From: Bdellovibrio sp.
Lineage (GTDB): Bacteria > Bdellovibrionota > Bdellovibrionia > Bdellovibrionales > Bdellovibrionaceae
NCBI GenBank assembly: GCA_046318155.1
Contig: JBKCUU010000089.1
Coordinates: 1 to 60,929, forward strand
Length of the DNA: 60,929 bases
Direction of reading: 5' to 3'
The position numbers were made by a program, and so were the translations under genes. Shown here one piece after another: positions 36,872-45,879 of the stretch. Numbering within the stretch: the stretch's first letter is position 1; each line of letters opens with the position of its first letter. The notes beneath the pieces are model-generated. The model searched no databases. It was not told where the DNA came from and worked only from the letters and a program-made list of their open reading frames with translations.

Positions 36872-37710
36872 TGAAGAAAACGGGATACGATCAGTTCTTT
36901 CAAAAAGCGCGGCAAAATTCGGGGATTGATTCTCCAAAAAATAGAGCCGCAGCAAAGCCTCGTTTTCAGGGATCAGGGGACCGCGAGCCCATCCCGAACA
37001 GCATGAATCAAAAGACCCAGAAGGCGACCGCCGAGCAGTTGCGAGTGCGAATGAACATTCGTAATGCCAAGAAAAAGAATAACGGGATTCCTTGGAAGCT
37101 GGTGGGTATTTCATTTATCGGCGTTGTTTTAACAGCCGCTGGTTATCTTGAACACGAAAGAGTCGAAAATTTTTTGAAGAAAGTAGAAGTCTCTTTTGTG
37201 AGCTCAGCGACGGCACAAGAGTCCGCTGCGAAGCCTGAGGCCACTCAGGAAGCAAATGCGGCTACCCCCGAGCCCAAAGAAAAGGCCGATGTGCCCAAGA
37301 AAAAAGACTTTACGGACGAAGAGCTCAATCATTTTTCGAAGCTCAATGAGCGGAAGCGCGAACTCGATGCCCGTGAAGAAGAGCTGACTCGCCTGGAGGC
37401 GGAGCTTGCCGCGCAAAAAGCAGAACTCGAGACGCGGATGACGGGACTCGAGAGTACGCGCCGAGAAATCTCGAGCGTTCTTGAGGGGCGCGTTAAAAGT
37501 GATGACAAGAAAGTCGAAACCTTGATGCAAATGTACTCGAACATGAAGCCACAGCAAGCGGCCAAAGTTTTTGAAGAGATGGATGAAGACCTTGCGGTGG
37601 AAATCATCGGCCGAATGAAAAAGAAGAACGCCGCCGAGATCATGAACATTGTCAAACCCGAGAAGGCCAAAATCTTCTCCGAAAAATTGGCCGGCTACAA
37701 ACGCAACTAG
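36871..37710 (+). CDS. MotE/FlbB-like flagellar protein (TM, coiled coil, MgtE-N-like domain)
   Basis: MYSNMKPQQAAKVFEEM..AAEIMN..PEKA; position between fliJ and fliK. Confidence 0.8.
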   Translation: MKKTGYDQFFQKARQNSGIDSPKNRAAAKPRFQGSGDREPIPNSMNQKTQKATAEQLRVRMNIRNAKKKNNGIPWKLVGISFIGVVLTAAGYLEHERVENFLKKVEVSFVSSATAQESAAKPEATQEANAATPEPKEKADVPKKKDFTDEELNHFSKLNERKRELDAREEELTRLEAELAAQKAELETRMTGLESTRREISSVLEGRVKSDDKKVETLMQMYSNMKPQQAAKVFEEMDEDLAVEIIGRMKKKNAAEIMNIVKPEKAKIFSEKLAGYKRN

Positions 37711-37792
37711 AAGAAAAGAACTAAAGGAAGAAAGTCTGCAGAACGAAGAAAACATAGATCCCACCCAATGACCAATTTGCAGCAAGGGTCAG

Positions 37793-37870
37793 GGTCGCCC
37801 CGAAGGGGCGCAAACAAACGGTCGCCCCGAAGGGGCGCAAACAAATAGAGCCCTCAAAAAGAGGGCGCAA
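37793..37870 (+). repeat. Tandem 26-bp hairpin repeat (GGTCGCCCCGAAGGGGCGCAAACAAA x2) plus a diverged third hairpin upstream of fliK
   Basis: Identical copies at 37793-37818 and 37820-37845; GCCCTC-A5-GAGGGC-GCAA at 37850-37870. Confidence 0.92.
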
Positions 37871-37883
37871 GGAGGAAAAGGTA

Positions 37884-39722
37884 GTGAAAACAGAAGGCCT
37901 GAATCAAGGTCTGTCCTTACAGGGCGCGGGTCGTCGAGAGAACCTAACTTTAGGTTCGAAAAATGATCCGAGTGCTTCCAAGCTAGACTCCTTCGCCAAA
38001 CTCATGAGTTCTAAAACTCAGGCGCCAAAGAAGGACATGGCTTCATTTGTCAGAGATGACAATAAGCCAATAGCGAAAAGGGCAGAACCCGACGACAAGT
38101 CGCCAGCTGTCAACGAGCCGAAAACAGAGAGACAAGGATCCACGAAAACGGATTCTAAAAAAGAAACTGCGAAAGCAGATTCGAATGACGAAACCGCGAG
38201 AGTGGATTCGAAATTGGAGAAAAAAGGGGCAAAAAAGGCTCCAGGTGCCAGGGAAGAAGCGATGCTAGAATTTATGGACTCCATGGAGAGTGAATTCGGC
38301 ATCCCTCCGGAACAAATAGTTGAGGCGATGGCCCTCCTTCCTAAGGACCAACAACTCCAGTCTCCCGAACAGACGGCCGAGCAGGTGATCGACACTCTTG
38401 GCTTGCCACCCGAGCAAGCCGAGCGTGCATATTCTCTCTACATGGGGTTTTTGAACCAGATGGCTCAAAACCCTCCAACTCCAACCAAACCGGAATTGGT
38501 GGTTGCGGTACCGACATCCCAGATGGCGCAAAACGCTCTGGCTGCGAAAGACCGAAAAGCAAACTTGAGCGCGTCCTTGGATCGAATGAACGACAAGTTC
38601 TTCATGCAGGACCGATCAAGCATGGCAACGGACCGAATGACGGCGCAGGCTCCTATGGAGGCCAGCCAGTTGGTGGACAAACTGAGTTTTGAAAAGGCGC
38701 AAGGTTATCCCGTTTTGCAACCGGATCTGAAGGGCATTCCAAATTCTAAAACGGAATTGATGCCGCATGATCCGAATCTCATGCAGACGTCGCAAGATCA
38801 GCAGGGAGCAGATCCCATGAACACGCTGATGGCGAAGCTCGCTGCAGTTGGCGCGTCAGCGGCGGCTCTTGGCGAGGCGGCTGCAGGTGCGGGTCAAGCA
38901 CAAAACGCTCAAGGATCAACGGCGCAAGGCGGGCCTGAGGGTCAACCTGGTGCGGGCGGCTTGACAGGGCTCACAGGCTTAACAGGATCAGCCGCGGCGG
39001 CGATCATGTCTGGCAATGAGAACTCTGGGTTTGGCTCAGATTCTTCTGCCGAGAGTGAGGGCGGCGACTTTTCACGAACTGACGGTCTCGAAGGCTTAGG
39101 CCGCGGGCACGAAGGAATGAAAACCGAGGGTAAACTTGGATTTCAAGAACTCTTGCAAGCGTCGACGACCTCCGTGGCTGGCGGAAAAAATAATGAAGTG
39201 ACAAATGCCAATATCGAAAAACTGATGAATCAGGCGCAAATTATTGCTCGCAAAGGCGGCGGTGAGGCGACGATTCGCATGACACCTGAAGGACTCGGAA
39301 AAGTTGAGCTCCGGGTGATTGTGAAAGACGGACGGGTCAACGTTGAAATGGCGACCGAAACGAGGGAAGCCAGAAAAATGATTGAGAGTTCGCTCTCGGA
39401 CTTGAAGATGGGATTAGCCGGTCATAAGCTGTCATTAGACAGCCTAAAGGTCGATACAAGTCTGCAAAGTTCAGCTGATCAGCTGAACCAACAGCAGAAG
39501 AATCCAGATCAGCGCCCCGACCAGGGTCGTGATCAAGCCCGTCAGATGTTTCAGCAGTTTCGCGATGAGAATTTCTCGCGCCGTGAACCTTTCTTCGAGA
39601 TGTCTGGCTCTAAGGCTTATCGGACCGCTTCAAGGGCCGTTGATCCTTTAAGTCCAGCCACTGAGGCTAAAGTTCAGCGAAGCGTGGAAGGCCGTGGCGA
39701 ACGAATGAACTTAGTCGCATGA
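37884..39722 (+). CDS. fliK: Flagellar hook-length control protein FliK
   Basis: Low-complexity N-terminal region; C-terminal ATIRMTPEGLGKVELRV; GGAGG SD. Confidence 0.9.
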   Translation: MKTEGLNQGLSLQGAGRRENLTLGSKNDPSASKLDSFAKLMSSKTQAPKKDMASFVRDDNKPIAKRAEPDDKSPAVNEPKTERQGSTKTDSKKETAKADSNDETARVDSKLEKKGAKKAPGAREEAMLEFMDSMESEFGIPPEQIVEAMALLPKDQQLQSPEQTAEQVIDTLGLPPEQAERAYSLYMGFLNQMAQNPPTPTKPELVVAVPTSQMAQNALAAKDRKANLSASLDRMNDKFFMQDRSSMATDRMTAQAPMEASQLVDKLSFEKAQGYPVLQPDLKGIPNSKTELMPHDPNLMQTSQDQQGADPMNTLMAKLAAVGASAAALGEAAAGAGQAQNAQGSTAQGGPEGQPGAGGLTGLTGLTGSAAAAIMSGNENSGFGSDSSAESEGGDFSRTDGLEGLGRGHEGMKTEGKLGFQELLQASTTSVAGGKNNEVTNANIEKLMNQAQIIARKGGGEATIRMTPEGLGKVELRVIVKDGRVNVEMATETREARKMIESSLSDLKMGLAGHKLSLDSLKVDTSLQSSADQLNQQQKNPDQRPDQGRDQARQMFQQFRDENFSRREPFFEMSGSKAYRTASRAVDPLSPATEAKVQRSVEGRGERMNLVA

Positions 39723-39751
39723 TCTAATAAGCGCTAGGCGCTTATTAGATC
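39721..39751. other. Perfect 14-bp inverted repeat after fliK
   Basis: GATCTAATAAGCGC-tag-GCGCTTATTAGATC; second hairpin GCACCCC-ttt-GGGGTGC at 39762-39778. Confidence 0.85.
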
Positions 39752-39903
39752 CTATTGATCTGCACCCCTTTGGGGTGCGTATTAATAGAAAGGCTGAAAG
39801 CTTGAGATCGAACATCGTGCGTGCAGGTAAGTAGATGGATGCTAGGGATTAAACATCGTAAACCGCTGTAGAGTGAGCGATGAAAATCTGGGGGAGTTTT
39901 TAG

Positions 39904-41001
39904 ATGGCGATGATGGGAATTAAGCGGGATACTAAAGCGTTTAGTACCAATGCGGCGAGCGAGAATCGCAAGTCGGAAGGTGTGAACAATTTGAGTGCTC
40001 AAGATATGCAGAAGCTTGGCGGCGAAGATGTCGGCGCGCTTCTTAATAGAGTCGCTGATCCCAACTGGATCGACCCCTCGAAAAAAATTCGTGCGGTGGG
40101 TAGTGACAAGATGGATAAAGATGCCTTCATGAAGCTGATGCTTGCACAAATGAAGAATCAGGATCCAACCAATCCTCTCAAGTCGCATGAAATGGCGGCG
40201 CAACTCGCGCAGTTCTCTCAGCTCGAGCAATTGCAGAACGTGAATACGACTTTGGAATCGATGCAAGCCGCTCAGAAGCCTTCAGAGACGTATCAGTCTT
40301 TGAACTTCATTGGTAAAACCGTGGCGGGAGATGCTGCGCGCGTGCACCGGAGTAAGGGCGATCGCGATCACGAGTTCAATTTCACGCTTCCTGATTCGGC
40401 AAAAGAAGCCGTTATTAAAGTTCGCAATTCTGCAGGCGACTACATTCGTGAAGTTAAATTGGCTAATCTTAAAGCGGGTGATAACCGTTGGGTGTGGAAC
40501 GGAAAAAATGATTCCGATTCTTCTGCTCCCGTTGGTGATTACCAAATTTTGATCGAAGCAAAAAATGCGAGCGATCAAAAATTAAACGTGAAGACTGATT
40601 TCAACGGCGTGATCACAGGCGTGAATTACACCCCCGAAGGTCCGGTTTTGCTCGTCGGAAGTCAGAGCGTGAAGCTCAAAGATGTGCGTAAGATTGTTGG
40701 ATCCCCTACAGGATCCGCTCCAGAAGCGGCTCGCGCGCCGCTAGCCGCAGACTCAGGTCTTAATCACAAGGTCCAAAAAAGTGGTGACACTTTGAAACCA
40801 GACTTGAAGAAAGCTGGCGCTGCAAGTCAAACTGAACAAGAGTTGGTAGCAGAAGAGGGAGCTAAGGAAGAGGCGATTGGAGCACAACCCAATCTTCTTG
40901 ATCAAGTCGGTCTCTCGCGTGAGATGATGAGTCGACTCGAAAAAGAAACAAAGCCTGATTCTAAGGCGGGACTTGCGCAACCAGCTTCGCAGTCGGAGTA
41001 A
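39904..41001 (+). CDS. flgD: Flagellar hook capping protein FlgD
   Basis: FMKLMLAQMKNQDPTNP, QLAQFSQLEQ, WNGKND. Confidence 0.95.
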   Translation: MAMMGIKRDTKAFSTNAASENRKSEGVNNLSAQDMQKLGGEDVGALLNRVADPNWIDPSKKIRAVGSDKMDKDAFMKLMLAQMKNQDPTNPLKSHEMAAQLAQFSQLEQLQNVNTTLESMQAAQKPSETYQSLNFIGKTVAGDAARVHRSKGDRDHEFNFTLPDSAKEAVIKVRNSAGDYIREVKLANLKAGDNRWVWNGKNDSDSSAPVGDYQILIEAKNASDQKLNVKTDFNGVITGVNYTPEGPVLLVGSQSVKLKDVRKIVGSPTGSAPEAARAPLAADSGLNHKVQKSGDTLKPDLKKAGAASQTEQELVAEEGAKEEAIGAQPNLLDQVGLSREMMSRLEKETKPDSKAGLAQPASQSE

Positions 41002-41003
41002 CG

Positions 41004-41426
41004 ATGAACGTGGATCTTAAGAAGATAACACAGACGAGCGGTGTCCAAGCAGACATCGGCAAAACTCAGAAGGTGAACACACCTTCGAGCGGGCCGAGCT
41101 TTGCCGACACACTGACTGGCTTGACGGGTGGGGGACTTGAGTCCAAAGCACCTGCAGGTTTGGTCGGAAATGCGGCTGTTAAGTTTTCTAATCATGCCAT
41201 TGAACGCATGACGAGCCGTGGGATCAAATTCTCGCCCGACGATGTGTCGCGCTTGAATGATGCCGTTGCGCGTGCAGGAGCAAAAGGGTCCAAGGACACT
41301 CTTGTTCTCATGAATGATGCGGCATTGATCGTCAGTGTGAAGAACAAAACGGTAGTGACGGTGATGGATAAGAGCGCGCTCAAAGAGAACGTGTTCACAA
41401 ACATCGACTCAACGATCGTGATGTAG
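41004..41426 (+). CDS. Flagellar operon protein (TIGR02530-like)
   Basis: FSNHAIERM..RGI, ALIVSVKNKTVVTVM, NVFTNIDS; position between flgD and flgE. Confidence 0.88.
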   Translation: MNVDLKKITQTSGVQADIGKTQKVNTPSSGPSFADTLTGLTGGGLESKAPAGLVGNAAVKFSNHAIERMTSRGIKFSPDDVSRLNDAVARAGAKGSKDTLVLMNDAALIVSVKNKTVVTVMDKSALKENVFTNIDSTIVM

Positions 41427-41475
41427 AAAGCCGCGCGAGCGGATTTAGGATTTAGAAAGCCGCGCGAGCGGATTT
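41424..41475 (+). repeat. Direct repeat of 23 bp (TAGAAAGCCGCGCGAGCGGATTT x2), each with a CCGC-GCGA-GCGG tetraloop hairpin
   Basis: Copies at 41424-41446 and 41453-41475. Confidence 0.9.
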
Positions 41476-41489
41476 TCAGTGTGTTAATT

Positions 41490-41598
41490 AGGGCCGGTCC
41501 TCTTAAGGGGGCCCTCCAAAGCGAAACCGAATGTTTCGCCTTTATAAACTGGTATCGGTGTCTGACAGCACTGGTCCACAAAAGACATGGAGGTCTTT
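41490..41598 (+). promoter_or_regulatory. Structured flgE leader: four hairpins, the last a consensus CsrA/RsmA-type site over the SD
   Basis: Stems 41496-41513, 41521-41539, 41554-41575, 41581-41598; ACATGGAGGT at 41585-41594. Confidence 0.65.
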
Positions 41599-42882
41599 AT
41601 GGGTATTCTTTCATCAATGTACACAGGCGTGTCGGGTTTGACCGCTCACGGGGAAGCCCTGGGTGTGACGGCCGACAATATCGCCAACGCCGGCACAACG
41701 GGCTTTAAGGCCTCACGTGCAGAGTTCCAAGATATCATTTCAAAAAACTTGAAGGGGATCGAAGGCGGAAATCAGATTGGCCGCGGTGTAAAAATTGGTG
41801 CGGTCAATCCCATCCTGAATCAAGGTAACACCGATGCCACCGAAAAAGTAACGGATTTGGCGATCTCTGGTGATGGTTACTTCGTTGCAAGGGGTTCTGA
41901 CGGTCAGACCTACACTCGCGACGGTTCGTTTCACTTTGACCGCGAAGGTTACCTGACAACAAATGACAATCAGCGTATCCAAGGTTTCATGGCAGATGAA
42001 AATGGACGCATTATCAACAAAACTGCCGACATTAAATTTCCTCGCGCCTTAATTCCTGCACGGGCGACCAAAGAAGTTCGGATGGACTTGAACCTCGATT
42101 CGCGCGTTGATACTGCAAAAAAATTCGACGCCAATGACCCTTACTACACTTCACATTTCTCAACAGGTATTGAAATCTACGATTCTCAAGGTAACAAGCA
42201 TTTGATGACGGCATTCTTCAATAAAACTGAGGACCGCACTTGGGAATGGCGCGGAATGGTCGATGGCCTTGAAGTCACGGGCGGCGAAAAAGGCAAGCTC
42301 TCTGAAGTGGTAAAAGGAAAACTCAAATTTACTGTTGATGGTAAGCTTGATTCTCAAGAGACAACAGAATCCAATATGAACTTTGCCGGCGGTGCTTTTC
42401 AAAACCAACAAGTCAAATTTAACTTCGGAGATGCAATCTCGGAAGGTGGCAAAGGCCTTGATGGATCAAAGCAGTACGGCAAAGAGTCGGACATGATCTC
42501 TTGGCAGCAAGATGGTGCCGCAGCAGGAACCATCACCTCATTGTCCTTCAATGATGAAGGAACGCTGAGTGCAGCCTACTCGAATGGATCGACCCAGGAT
42601 TTAGCGCAAGTTGTTTTGGCTAAGTTTGAAAATCCCGAGGCTCTCTTCAAGACTGGTAACAACCGTTTAAAAGAGTCTCGTGATTCAGGAGCGGCGGCCG
42701 TCGGTCAGCCGAACCGTGCGGGCCGCGGTAAGATCTTTGCAAAATCATTGGAGCGCTCAACGGTTGATTTGGCGTCTGAATTTGTTCAGCTGATTCAAGG
42801 TCAACGTAACTTCCAAGCAAATGCGAAAACGATCACAACAACGGATCAACTTCTTGAAGAAGTGATCAACTTGAAACGCTAA
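41599..42882 (+). CDS. flgE: Flagellar hook protein FlgE
   Basis: NIANAGTTGFKASR, DLAISGDGYF, YTRDGSF, LERSTVDLASEF, QRNFQANAK. Confidence 0.97.
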   Translation: MGILSSMYTGVSGLTAHGEALGVTADNIANAGTTGFKASRAEFQDIISKNLKGIEGGNQIGRGVKIGAVNPILNQGNTDATEKVTDLAISGDGYFVARGSDGQTYTRDGSFHFDREGYLTTNDNQRIQGFMADENGRIINKTADIKFPRALIPARATKEVRMDLNLDSRVDTAKKFDANDPYYTSHFSTGIEIYDSQGNKHLMTAFFNKTEDRTWEWRGMVDGLEVTGGEKGKLSEVVKGKLKFTVDGKLDSQETTESNMNFAGGAFQNQQVKFNFGDAISEGGKGLDGSKQYGKESDMISWQQDGAAAGTITSLSFNDEGTLSAAYSNGSTQDLAQVVLAKFENPEALFKTGNNRLKESRDSGAAAVGQPNRAGRGKIFAKSLERSTVDLASEFVQLIQGQRNFQANAKTITTTDQLLEEVINLKR

Positions 42883-42901
42883 TACTAAATTAAACTAAGT
42901 G

Positions 42902-42924
42902 GAGCGGTCTCTCGTAGACCGCTC
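42902..42924 (+). terminator. Hairpin after flgE, probable terminator
   Basis: GAGCGGTCT-ctcgt-AGACCGCTC; U-tract weak and not adjacent. Confidence 0.55.
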
Positions 42925-43034
42925 GGCTTAAAAATGTTTTTGGCACCATGATAACCTCTAGTTCCAACTGTCAGCGGCTTTGCCCTTGCCTTTAAAGCGA
43001 GGGCGGCTGTCTTTGGCCCTTCTGCCGGAGAGTG

Positions 43035-44909
43035 CTAGTTGAAGTAGGGTGTTCGAATCTTGAGGTCACTCTCATTCATGCGAATGCATTCACCCTCTTT
43101 TTCACCCGCGATGATGAGATGATCATCGACGTCGATACCAATTCCACGGCCCATCCACGGATCTGGCAATGATCTTTTGATGCGGCAATTTCTTTTAAAA
43201 TTTTCAGATTCTTTTGTCGTTTGACCCACAGGTTCACGGGTCTCTGTATTTTGCATCAAGACAAAATCTTGAATTTTCATTTTTAAGTCCAAAGGCTTCG
43301 GCTCTAAAAGACCGTACTTCCAAACAAGCACTTGGCCCGTCGTATCGAGCGCACCTTGAATGCGAAGCCCCTGACTAAATTTTTTGAGTGGACCTGTCGT
43401 TTGAAGCTCAGATTTTGCCAGGGTGTAGACCCGTTCAGTCATTGAATCGCTTTCGGTCGAGACGTCAACGATTTCCAAGGATCCTCGATAGAGATCACCG
43501 ATTCGATCGATCAAAAAGAGAGAGTCGTAGAGGACGCCGCCGTGTGAACTGACCCAGCCCTGAGACGACTGGAGGGCCTGCGGTCGGCCAAAGGAATCTT
43601 CATGACCGTAATGGGGGGCCAGATAAAGTTGGCCATCTTGGCCAAGAAAGATACTGTCATTATAAAGCCCCAGTGACATGCGATGAATTTTTGGAACCTG
43701 TCCGATGGGGCGCCCCAGGTGTTGGGGGTAGTTGGTCAGCACCCGAGCATTCTCGGATGGTGAATATTCGATGACTTTGAGTGAATCGTTCTTGAGTCTG
43801 ACGGCGTAAGCGGTCTGCTCCAGGAAAGGAATGCGAAGGCGCTGCACATCCGCGACAGGAATTTCAGGCTTGAGAACTGATTCATAAAGTCGGAGTAGGC
43901 CTTTAAGTGAGTTCCAGTGCCAAACATGCCCGAGGTTTGTGTAAATCAAAAGACCATTGTGCAACGGAGCAAACTCGATTCGTTCAGGGACTTCACTGGA
44001 AGAGCCGAACTGAAGATTCAAAGGTTTGGTGTAACCTAGAAATGGGTGCACGAGATGAATCTTTTTGTCGGTCGAGAGGACGGCCAAGACATCAACTTTT
44101 CGAGCCAAGGCATCAGGGATTTTATTAAAGCGAGCGCCCAATTGAACCAACGCATCGATCATCATGTACTCACGGTCGCCTTTCGAAAGTTCGGGCGAGT
44201 AGAGTGCCAGCCCCAAGGCAAAGAGAGTTCCGTAGCCATAGGCGCCAGATTTCGAGTTCTCGAGAGAAAACACGTCATCACAGGCCCCAGCAGTCCTGGG
44301 AATGTCGCCGCTTTCGCAGAAGACGTGTCCTGGTGCTTCTCGCACCGAGTGCCGCGCTTCGTGAACCAGAATCGCAATGGCTCCTAAGGGTTCAGTCGTA
44401 AAAAAACGTCCACCCAAGTAAATCTCTCGCACCGCTACTTTATTGTAAGCGATCGATTCCTTTTGCTGCAGATCCAAGGTCAGCTTCGTCGTATTCGCTT
44501 TCAAAAAAGAAAATGGATCCTGTAGGTCTGTTCGCAGTGGCTCGGGCCAAGACTCGGGCAGCTGAATCTTCAGGCGAGTCATCAAGAGAAGTGTTTTACT
44601 TAGTGCCGCTCGGGGACTTTGGTCACAGAGCTGGTCGACGGAAGGGCCGCTCGGAATCACCAAGTTCACTTCAGCCGCCATGGCTTGATACGTCTCTTCA
44701 CTCGGGCAGGGCAATTGAGCGAAGTCATTTAAAGTCACTGCTGACGAAATCAATCCGTCGACTTGAGCTTGAGAGGACGCCGATTCTATTTGGCCCAAAA
44801 GGGGTAAACTACCGAGTCCCGCTTGGTAGCCAGTAAGGCCTAAGCCAATGAAAGCAAAAAGACGAATCCAAAGTTGACTGCCTTTACTTGCCAAGAGCCA
44901 CCTCAGCAA
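43035..44909 (-). CDS. Exported hypothetical protein with HEXXH putative zinc-metallopeptidase motif and beta-rich C-terminal half
   Basis: 624 aa; LVHEARH followed by GHVFC..ACD..GAYGY; hydrophobic N-terminus. Confidence 0.75.
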   Translation of the reverse strand: MLRWLLASKGSQLWIRLFAFIGLGLTGYQAGLGSLPLLGQIESASSQAQVDGLISSAVTLNDFAQLPCPSEETYQAMAAEVNLVIPSGPSVDQLCDQSPRAALSKTLLLMTRLKIQLPESWPEPLRTDLQDPFSFLKANTTKLTLDLQQKESIAYNKVAVREIYLGGRFFTTEPLGAIAILVHEARHSVREAPGHVFCESGDIPRTAGACDDVFSLENSKSGAYGYGTLFALGLALYSPELSKGDREYMMIDALVQLGARFNKIPDALARKVDVLAVLSTDKKIHLVHPFLGYTKPLNLQFGSSSEVPERIEFAPLHNGLLIYTNLGHVWHWNSLKGLLRLYESVLKPEIPVADVQRLRIPFLEQTAYAVRLKNDSLKVIEYSPSENARVLTNYPQHLGRPIGQVPKIHRMSLGLYNDSIFLGQDGQLYLAPHYGHEDSFGRPQALQSSQGWVSSHGGVLYDSLFLIDRIGDLYRGSLEIVDVSTESDSMTERVYTLAKSELQTTGPLKKFSQGLRIQGALDTTGQVLVWKYGLLEPKPLDLKMKIQDFVLMQNTETREPVGQTTKESENFKRNCRIKRSLPDPWMGRGIGIDVDDHLIIAGEKEGECIRMNESDLKIRTPYFN

Positions 44910-45561
44910 TTTCTTGGTCGGTCATCGATCCCAGTGAAAGTAAGCGGGGCTCTGTTTGAGAGAGCCGCTGCATTTGTTCTTTTTCATTCTGCGAAGTTGA
45001 AAGGGAGGCCAGACTTCTCAGCGCTTGGCGTTTGACCATCAGTGTCTCATGCGGCTGCGCCAGGACACTTTGATAAAAAGATCGGAGGCTTTGCCGTGTC
45101 GCGGGGTTCGGGTGCCGCCGGCTCGCTTCGCCAAAGGCCTTGAGCAGTCCGATCCGTGCAACCGCTTCGTTGTCGGCAGCCGAAATGTGCTTACTCATTC
45201 CGGCAGAAGGGTAGGGTTGACGAAAACGCTGGATCACTTTTTCGAGATCTTGAGGCGCAAGCGGCCGACTTGCAAAGTCACCATCAAAAAGAAAACTGTA
45301 GAGGGAAGCCCCCGTCGTTGTCTCTAAAGCCACGGGTTTGCCGACGATTGTCCGCGCTTGGGCAATTGATGTGTGTGGTGGCGGAGTCTGAGTTTGCTCA
45401 AACGGCGCTGCGGCCTTAGCTGGTGCCGAAGGCTGCACGGACTTGCTCGTCGGGAGGGCTTCTGTCACGGGATTAGACGAGCTGATAAAGAGCTGCTGAC
45501 GGTAACGGCCCAGCAAAAATGACAGGGACAAAACAAGCAGAGCAAGGGGGACGTATCTCAT
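44884..45561 (-). CDS. Hypothetical membrane-anchored or secreted helical protein
   Basis: 225 aa; hydrophobic N-terminus, P/A/Q-rich linker, helical domain; overlaps next gene by 26 bp. Confidence 0.7.
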   Translation of the reverse strand: MRYVPLALLVLSLSFLLGRYRQQLFISSSNPVTEALPTSKSVQPSAPAKAAAPFEQTQTPPPHTSIAQARTIVGKPVALETTTGASLYSFLFDGDFASRPLAPQDLEKVIQRFRQPYPSAGMSKHISAADNEAVARIGLLKAFGEASRRHPNPATRQSLRSFYQSVLAQPHETLMVKRQALRSLASLSTSQNEKEQMQRLSQTEPRLLSLGSMTDQEIAEVALGK

Positions 45562-45567
45562 CTTTTA

Positions 45568-45595
45568 GTATCGGCATTCACAGGCCAGGGCTGAC
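45568..45595 (-). promoter_or_regulatory. Putative sigma28 promoter giving a leaderless transcript
   Basis: Minus strand GTCAG-N15-GCCGATAC, then 6 nt, then ATG 45561; no SD. Confidence 0.5.
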
Positions 45596-45616
45596 TGGGC
45601 GATCGTCCTTTTCTAA

Positions 45617-45877
45617 AGAGAAAATGAGACTGATGCACCCTACAACTCGATTCTGGGTCATCCTCAGCAATTCTTTGCCCTTTGGTCCAACTTCAAACCC
45701 TTGTTTGAGGGCGCCGATATCAGTTATGCCAACTTCGAAGACCCGTATCGCTTTCGCCTGACGCCAATCGATCAGATGCCCTCGGTAGGCACTGAAATGC
45801 GCTCGATCATCAATCAAACCCTCAAGCAGACGCGGCCGATTCAAAGCCGCCGGGTTCGCGATTTTTTACAGTTTTAA
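45617..45877 (+). pseudogene. Probable CapA-family (PGA_cap metallophosphatase) gene remnant
   Basis: Open frame of 86 codons with no start near its 5' end, reading ..FFALWSNFKPLFEGADISYANFE.., like the CapA ADxxxANLE motif; not in the ORF track. Confidence 0.45.
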
Positions 45878-45879
45878 GA

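Noticed and set aside
37793..37870. Possible mini-CRISPR array
   Set aside because: Repeats are separated by 1-4 nt, with no spacers and no cas genes in the window
39859..39883. Sigma28-like TAAA..GCGATGA upstream of flgD
   Set aside because: Spacer is 13 nt rather than about 15, and the -10 match is weak
41424..41475. Possible CRISPR repeat or insertion target-site duplication
   Set aside because: Only two copies 6 nt apart; no spacer-sized insert and no transposase
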